Shown: positions 59,293-64,000 of the stretch, piece by piece | Numbering within the stretch: position 1 is the first letter of the stretch | Layout of the letters: the number at the start of each line of letters is the position of its first letter | IMG/VR virus record: IMGVR_UViG_3300003877_000001 | Coordinates: 62,001-126,000 of that record | Direction: 5' to 3' (one strand) | DNA: 64,000 bases | The notes under the pieces: generated by a model | The model's database searches: none | Told to the model about the DNA's origin: nothing | Seen by the model: the letters and a program-made list of their open reading frames with translations, nothing else | Made by a program: the position numbers and the translations under genes

Positions 59293-60327
59293 ATGATTAA
59301 TAAATCAGAAATCTTTAAAAACAAATCACATTGGGTGAATATGACAGAAATTGAATTATTATCATATCAAACAAAAATTTTTAAATACTATTGTGAGAAT
59401 GGATTTCCATATTATCCAACGGATGATGAATATCGTAAAAGGGAATTTAATAAACTTCAAAAATATAATTATTCTGAATTAATTGAAAATGGAATTGTTA
59501 AACAAACAATGCATGGTCTTGGTCTTGCATGGTCATACTTTCCACACTCATTTGATGTTAAATGTAATAATAAAAAAACACCCATAGAAGTATTTAATAA
59601 TGATGATTTTTTTATGGAAGTGATTAGTAAACGATTACAAATAGGAACATTTATTTCAGATGCTGGAATTCGAAAAATGTTAAAAATGTTTACCAATACA
59701 CAAGGTGTTTCTAATTTTAGACCAACAGCAGCAGCAGCAATATATGATAAATATGCAGCTAATGGTGTTGTATGGGATATGTCTGGTGGTTGGGGAGGTA
59801 GAATGCTTGGTGCTGCGATAAGTAGCGTTAAGAAATATATTACAACTGAACCATCAATAAAAACATTTCTTGGATTGGTTGATTTATCTAAATTAATATC
59901 AAAAGTTGGTGTTAATATGGAATTTGTTTTATCAGCACAAGGTAGTGAAATATTTATACCTGAAAAAAATTCATTAAATTTATGTTTTACATCTCCACCA
60001 TATTTTGATTTAGAAAAATATTCGGATGAAGATAGTCAAAGCTATATTAAATATAGTAATAAACAAGATTGGGTTAGTGGTTTTTTAAAAAACACTTTTA
60101 ATAATTGTTATTACGGTTTAAAAAATAATGGACACATGTTAATTAATATTGCTGACTCAAAGAAAAATAACAATATTTCACTAGAACAAGCAACTATCGA
60201 TACAGCAATTAGTTGTGGATTTAAACATGTTGACACATTAAAATTGGCATTATCAAATCCAAACATGAAAAATAGAACATCAGCATTTAAATATGAACCA
60301 ATATTTGTTTTTAAGAAATATGAGTAA
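59293..60327 (+). CDS. DNA methyltransferase (N4-C/N6-A type)
   Basis: D.SGGWGGR, FTSPPYFDLE.Y. Confidence 0.85.
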   Translation: MINKSEIFKNKSHWVNMTEIELLSYQTKIFKYYCENGFPYYPTDDEYRKREFNKLQKYNYSELIENGIVKQTMHGLGLAWSYFPHSFDVKCNNKKTPIEVFNNDDFFMEVISKRLQIGTFISDAGIRKMLKMFTNTQGVSNFRPTAAAAIYDKYAANGVVWDMSGGWGGRMLGAAISSVKKYITTEPSIKTFLGLVDLSKLISKVGVNMEFVLSAQGSEIFIPEKNSLNLCFTSPPYFDLEKYSDEDSQSYIKYSNKQDWVSGFLKNTFNNCYYGLKNNGHMLINIADSKKNNNISLEQATIDTAISCGFKHVDTLKLALSNPNMKNRTSAFKYEPIFVFKKYE

Positions 60328-60406
60328 ACACAATATTGGTACTGCGCATCAACATTATAGAGGAATTGAAAACAAATAACCTAACTATTTAAAGTAAATA
60401 AAATAA

Positions 60407-60901
60407 ATGAAAAAACATATTCTTAATGAAAGAATAAGAGGCTCTGAAATTAGATTAGTAGGACATCAAATTTATGAAAATAATATTATACCAACTGCCG
60501 AAGCATTAAATTTAGCAAATACAGAAGGGTTAGACTTGGTATTAATAAATCCAAACGAGTCACCTGCTATTTGTAAGATTATGGATTATAATAAATTCAC
60601 ATATAATCAAAAAAAGAATGAAAAGAAAAGTAGTTCTCCAAAACTAAAAGAAATAAAATTTACTCCAAATATTACTGACAATGATTTGAATGTAAAAGTA
60701 AAACAAGCTAGAAAATTTCTTGAAAAGGGAAGTGTAATTAACATACATGTATTCTTTAAAGGAAGAGAAATTGCACATAAAGATAGAGGTAAGGAAGTAT
60801 TATTTAAATTCTTAAACGAACTTATAGATATTGGTATATTTAATTTGGATATAGTCTTTAAAGGAAAAAGAATTATCCACCAAATAAGACCTAAAAGATA
60901 G
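60407..60901 (+). CDS. infC: translation initiation factor IF-3
   Basis: NE.IR..EIRLV, GLDLV.I.P...P..CKIMDY.KF, KEIKF.P.I...D, F.GRE. Confidence 0.95.
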   Translation: MKKHILNERIRGSEIRLVGHQIYENNIIPTAEALNLANTEGLDLVLINPNESPAICKIMDYNKFTYNQKKNEKKSSSPKLKEIKFTPNITDNDLNVKVKQARKFLEKGSVINIHVFFKGREIAHKDRGKEVLFKFLNELIDIGIFNLDIVFKGKRIIHQIRPKR

Positions 60902-60954
60902 TAACCATTTTATAATATTTTTAATTTGAAAGAGTATTTATAGGTGATAATGAT

Positions 60955-61590
60955 TTGAAATTAATTGAAATGGTTCAAAAATGGTTGGAATATGATGGTA
61001 AAATATATCACAAAAAAACAACACATGAATTAGCACATTCAATCACTATTACATCAAAAAATATGGTTACAAAATTAAATGAACATAATGTAACCCCAAA
61101 CAAAAGTTTTACGTATAAATATAATAACATTGCATTGTTTAATGAATTTTTACAGGGTTATGTTGAGGGTGATGGTTGTGTTGGAATATATAATAGTTCA
61201 ACAACTGACTATTATTATATTAGTTTTTTTGGTAATGAAGATTTTAAAGATAGTATTATAAATTTATTACCTACAAAACCTAAACTAAGAAAAGTTAATA
61301 ATAAATTTTATGAAATTAAATTTTTGGGTAAAATAGGAATTGAATTTAGTGATTGGTTATAGAATGACCCAATATATATTGATAGTCCTAAATATAAAAA
61401 ATATATTGACTTTAAAAAAAATTATTTAACTAAGACAAAATATTATAAATATGGTTTATTAAATAGAAAAATAGATAATTTATTAAATGAAAATGTAGAA
61501 CCAAAAATTATAGCAGAAAAACTTAATATTAATAAAAGGACTGTATATAATTATAAATATAATAAGAAAAATGGAAAAAATACTTACTAA
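60955..61590 (+). pseudogene. degenerate LAGLIDADG endonuclease
   Basis: FLQGYVEGDG; the frame continues past TAG at 61360 into an HTH-like tail. Confidence 0.6.
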
Positions 61591-62668
61591 AATAGAATGG
61601 AGTGTTATTAATGAATATATTGAAAAGGGTTTATTAATTACTAATAAACACCCAACTAAAGATATATGGGTTCTAAATTATTCTAAAACATGTGCATTTG
61701 AAAAGGAATGGGATTTAATTACATTATCTTGTCGTGGACTTTTTGTTGACATCGATGGTAATATTGTTGGTCGAAGCATGAAAAAATTCTTCAATTTAGA
61801 AGAACACGATCCTTCTGATATTCCAACTGATTTATCATTTGAAGCATTTGAAAAAATGGATGGTTCATTGGGTATTTTATTTAATTATGAAGGTGATTGG
61901 ATATTTGCTTCAAGAGGTTCATTTGAATCAGAACAAGCCATTAAAGGTGGTGAAATCATGCTTAATATTGAAAATTCTTATAGATTTTTAAATGGTGATA
62001 ATACATATGTATTTGAAATTATATATCCTGAAAATCGTATTGTTATTGATTATGGTAAGACTGAAGATTTGGTTCTTTTAGGTGTTATCAATACTGATGG
62101 TGGTGATGAAATGTCATATGATGATATGGTGTATAATCACTCTGATGAATTTACTATTGTTGAAAAGTATGATGTAACATCTGATATTTCTAAATTAAAG
62201 GAATTAGAAGAAGATAACAAAGAAGGATTTGTTGTACGTTATTCTAATGGCTTCCGTGTAAAAGTAAAATTCGATGAATATTGCAGATTACATAGAATCG
62301 TTACTAACGTATCTAATAAGACAATTTGGGAATCATTGAAAAATGGTGAAGGATTGGATGAAGTTATTGATAGAGTTCCTGATGAATTCTACAATTGGGT
62401 TAGACGTACTGAAAAGGGTTTAAATGATATGTATATTGAAATTGAAGTTGAAACATTACGTGAATTCGTTAGGGTAACTAATTTAGTTAGTTTGAAAAAT
62501 GGATTTGATCCTTTTGAAAGAAAGAAAGAATTTGCTTTAATAGCAAAAGAATTTAAACATTCTGGATTATTATTTTCTATGTATAATAATAAAAATTATT
62601 CTGAAGCAATTTGGAAAATGATTAAACCAGACTGGTCAACACCATTTAGAGATGGGTATGAAAATTAG
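61571..62668 (+). CDS. RNA ligase (T4 Rnl1-like)
   Basis: CRG, KFFN, EKMDGS, FE, EGFVV, RVKVK..Y..LH. Confidence 0.92.
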   Translation: MEKILTKIEWSVINEYIEKGLLITNKHPTKDIWVLNYSKTCAFEKEWDLITLSCRGLFVDIDGNIVGRSMKKFFNLEEHDPSDIPTDLSFEAFEKMDGSLGILFNYEGDWIFASRGSFESEQAIKGGEIMLNIENSYRFLNGDNTYVFEIIYPENRIVIDYGKTEDLVLLGVINTDGGDEMSYDDMVYNHSDEFTIVEKYDVTSDISKLKELEEDNKEGFVVRYSNGFRVKVKFDEYCRLHRIVTNVSNKTIWESLKNGEGLDEVIDRVPDEFYNWVRRTEKGLNDMYIEIEVETLREFVRVTNLVSLKNGFDPFERKKEFALIAKEFKHSGLLFSMYNNKNYSEAIWKMIKPDWSTPFRDGYEN

Positions 62669-62760
62669 TAAAAATAAAGGGGCGATAATTCGCTCCTTTT
62701 TCATTTTATAGTATTTTACATTAGATATAAAAGTATTTATATTTGTAGATAAATAAAAAA

Positions 62761-63069
62761 ATGGAACTAACAGAATACACTATATATAAACATAATAATA
62801 AAGCATATTTGAGATTTGAAAGTACTGAAAGATTTTTATGGTTCTTCAAAAAACAAGTATATAGATTTATACCAAGAAAGCATCTCTACAATAGTAAGGG
62901 AAAGAAAATCCGTAAGTGGACGATACATATGTTCCCAACTGAAATGAGTACATATTATGAGCATTTATTAGTGTGTGGGAATAAAAATGAAAGAGAAAAA
63001 TTTATTGAAAAATACCCACATATTCAACTATATTTAAACGAATTAAACACTTTTATTAAATTTTATTAA
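62761..63069 (+). CDS. hypothetical protein
   Basis: ORF track. Confidence 0.45.
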   Translation: MELTEYTIYKHNNKAYLRFESTERFLWFFKKQVYRFIPRKHLYNSKGKKIRKWTIHMFPTEMSTYYEHLLVCGNKNEREKFIEKYPHIQLYLNELNTFIKFY

Positions 63070-63204
63070 AAATTTGTAACCTTTTTCTTGCATGTTACGT
63101 ATTTATAAACGATTTTTGTAAACAATTAATGAAAAAAGATATTATAATAAGTAAAAAAGACATAACTGGTGGTAGTGTAATACCACCAAAATAAATTAGA
63201 AATC

Positions 63205-63288
63205 ATGACAAAAGTTAATACATATAAGAAATATAAAAACTATCCAGATACTGGATCAGGTATTCTATGTACTAACTTTGGTGGCTAA
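63205..63288 (+). CDS. leader peptide MTKVNTYKKYKNYPDTGSGILCTNFGG
   Basis: 27 codons; AAT ACA TAT AAG AAA TAT AAA AAC TAT run; terminator then tRNA-Tyr. Confidence 0.82.
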   Translation: MTKVNTYKKYKNYPDTGSGILCTNFGG

Positions 63289-63310
63289 AGCCATAAAGTT
63301 TAAAATATAG

Positions 63311-63344
63311 AAACCCTGATTCAGAAATGAGTCAGGGTTTTTTT
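63311..63344 (+). terminator. intrinsic terminator of attenuator 3
   Basis: AAACCCTGATTCA-GAAA-TGAGTCAGGGTTT-TTTT. Confidence 0.92.
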
Positions 63345-63353
63345 ATGCCATAT

Positions 63354-63434
63354 TGTACGGTTGAACAGGTGGTGAGTTCCGCACACTGTAAATGTGCTGC
63401 TTCGGCTATGGGGGTTCGATTCCCTTCCGTACAA
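63354..63434 (+). tRNA. tRNA-Tyr(GUA)
   Basis: GCACA-CTGTAAA-TGTGC; variable hairpin GC-TTCG-GC; A73. Confidence 0.93.
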
Positions 63435-63618
63435 CAATTAACATTGTTAATTGAATTAGACTATATTAAAAAGTAATATAGTTCAAAAAACAATATTAAA
63501 ATTGTCATAGAATGGTACATGAAGGACTTATTGATAAAAATAATATAATTCCATTATCAGAATATTTACCTGATAATTGGAAAATTTATTATTATGGATA
63601 ATTTAAAATGATAAAATA

Positions 63619-63966
63619 ATGGTAAGGTTAAGTGAAATATTGCATGGAAGTGGTGTCTTTTCAAAAGACTTCAAAACTAGGATTGCCCAAAAGCAAATCA
63701 GAGTTAATGGAGAAACTATTGAAGGTGACATAGAGATTGACATAGATTTCATTCATAAGGATTTCTTTATGGATATTGGAGATTTAATGTTTAGCTTAAT
63801 GGATAGAGATATTTGGCAATTGCAGTTACAGATTTTCGGTATAGAAAATTTAGCAACATCAAATATTACCAATAGTTTAACTGAAGAATTAAGGAAGTTT
63901 CTAATGGTGAGAACTTCAAAGAAAAATGTTTTTGTAATTAAATTAAATGAAAAGCTGCTGAATTAG
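63619..63966 (+). CDS. hypothetical protein, possible S4-like RNA-binding N-terminus
   Basis: RLSEIL...G..S......I....IRVNG. Confidence 0.45.
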   Translation: MVRLSEILHGSGVFSKDFKTRIAQKQIRVNGETIEGDIEIDIDFIHKDFFMDIGDLMFSLMDRDIWQLQLQIFGIENLATSNITNSLTEELRKFLMVRTSKKNVFVIKLNEKLLN

Positions 63967-64000
63967 TTTGGATGTCCAAAGTAAAAACAAATGAATGGAT

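Noticed and set aside
60955-61590. Stop-codon recoding (TAG or TGA), suggested by in-frame stops in the LAGLIDADG remnant and kptA
   Set aside because: Long genes are intact in code 11, TAG and TGA end well-defined genes (infC, ligase, protease region), and no clear suppressor tRNA is present; these look like local lesions.

Overview
AT-rich (roughly 25% GC by eye) segment of a large T4-like (jumbo) myophage genome. The host is probably a Bacteroidota/Flavobacteria member: TAnnTTTG promoter boxes recur and the tmRNA tag starts GE. Positions 1-13 kb hold accessory and metabolic genes (dUTPase, a collapsed thyA remnant, cytidylyltransferase, phenylalanine hydroxylase, PTH2-like hydrolase, homing endonucleases, an intein-split SF1 helicase). 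Positions 8-39 kb hold the head module (neck, major capsid, scaffold, protease, portal, terminase) plus a large virion protein and a lytic enzyme. Positions 43-64 kb form a translation-rescue region: about 20 tRNAs, tmRNA, many enlarged tRNA-like RNAs, IF3, RNA ligase, Tpt1/KptA, a phosphoesterase and an orphan HicB. The main discovery is that each of three tRNA transcription units is preceded by an unannotated leader peptide followed by alternative antiterminator/terminator hairpins. The leader control codons name the amino acids of the downstream tRNAs: QPQPQHQHQ before Pro/His/Gln tRNAs, MEAMLWSVAEAVEVDDL before Ala/Glu/Val/Trp/Asp/Met/Leu tRNAs, and NTYKKYKNY before tRNA-Tyr. This looks like ribosome-mediated attenuation that switches on phage tRNAs when the matching host tRNAs are depleted. 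All calls were made by eye; no searches or folding programs were run.
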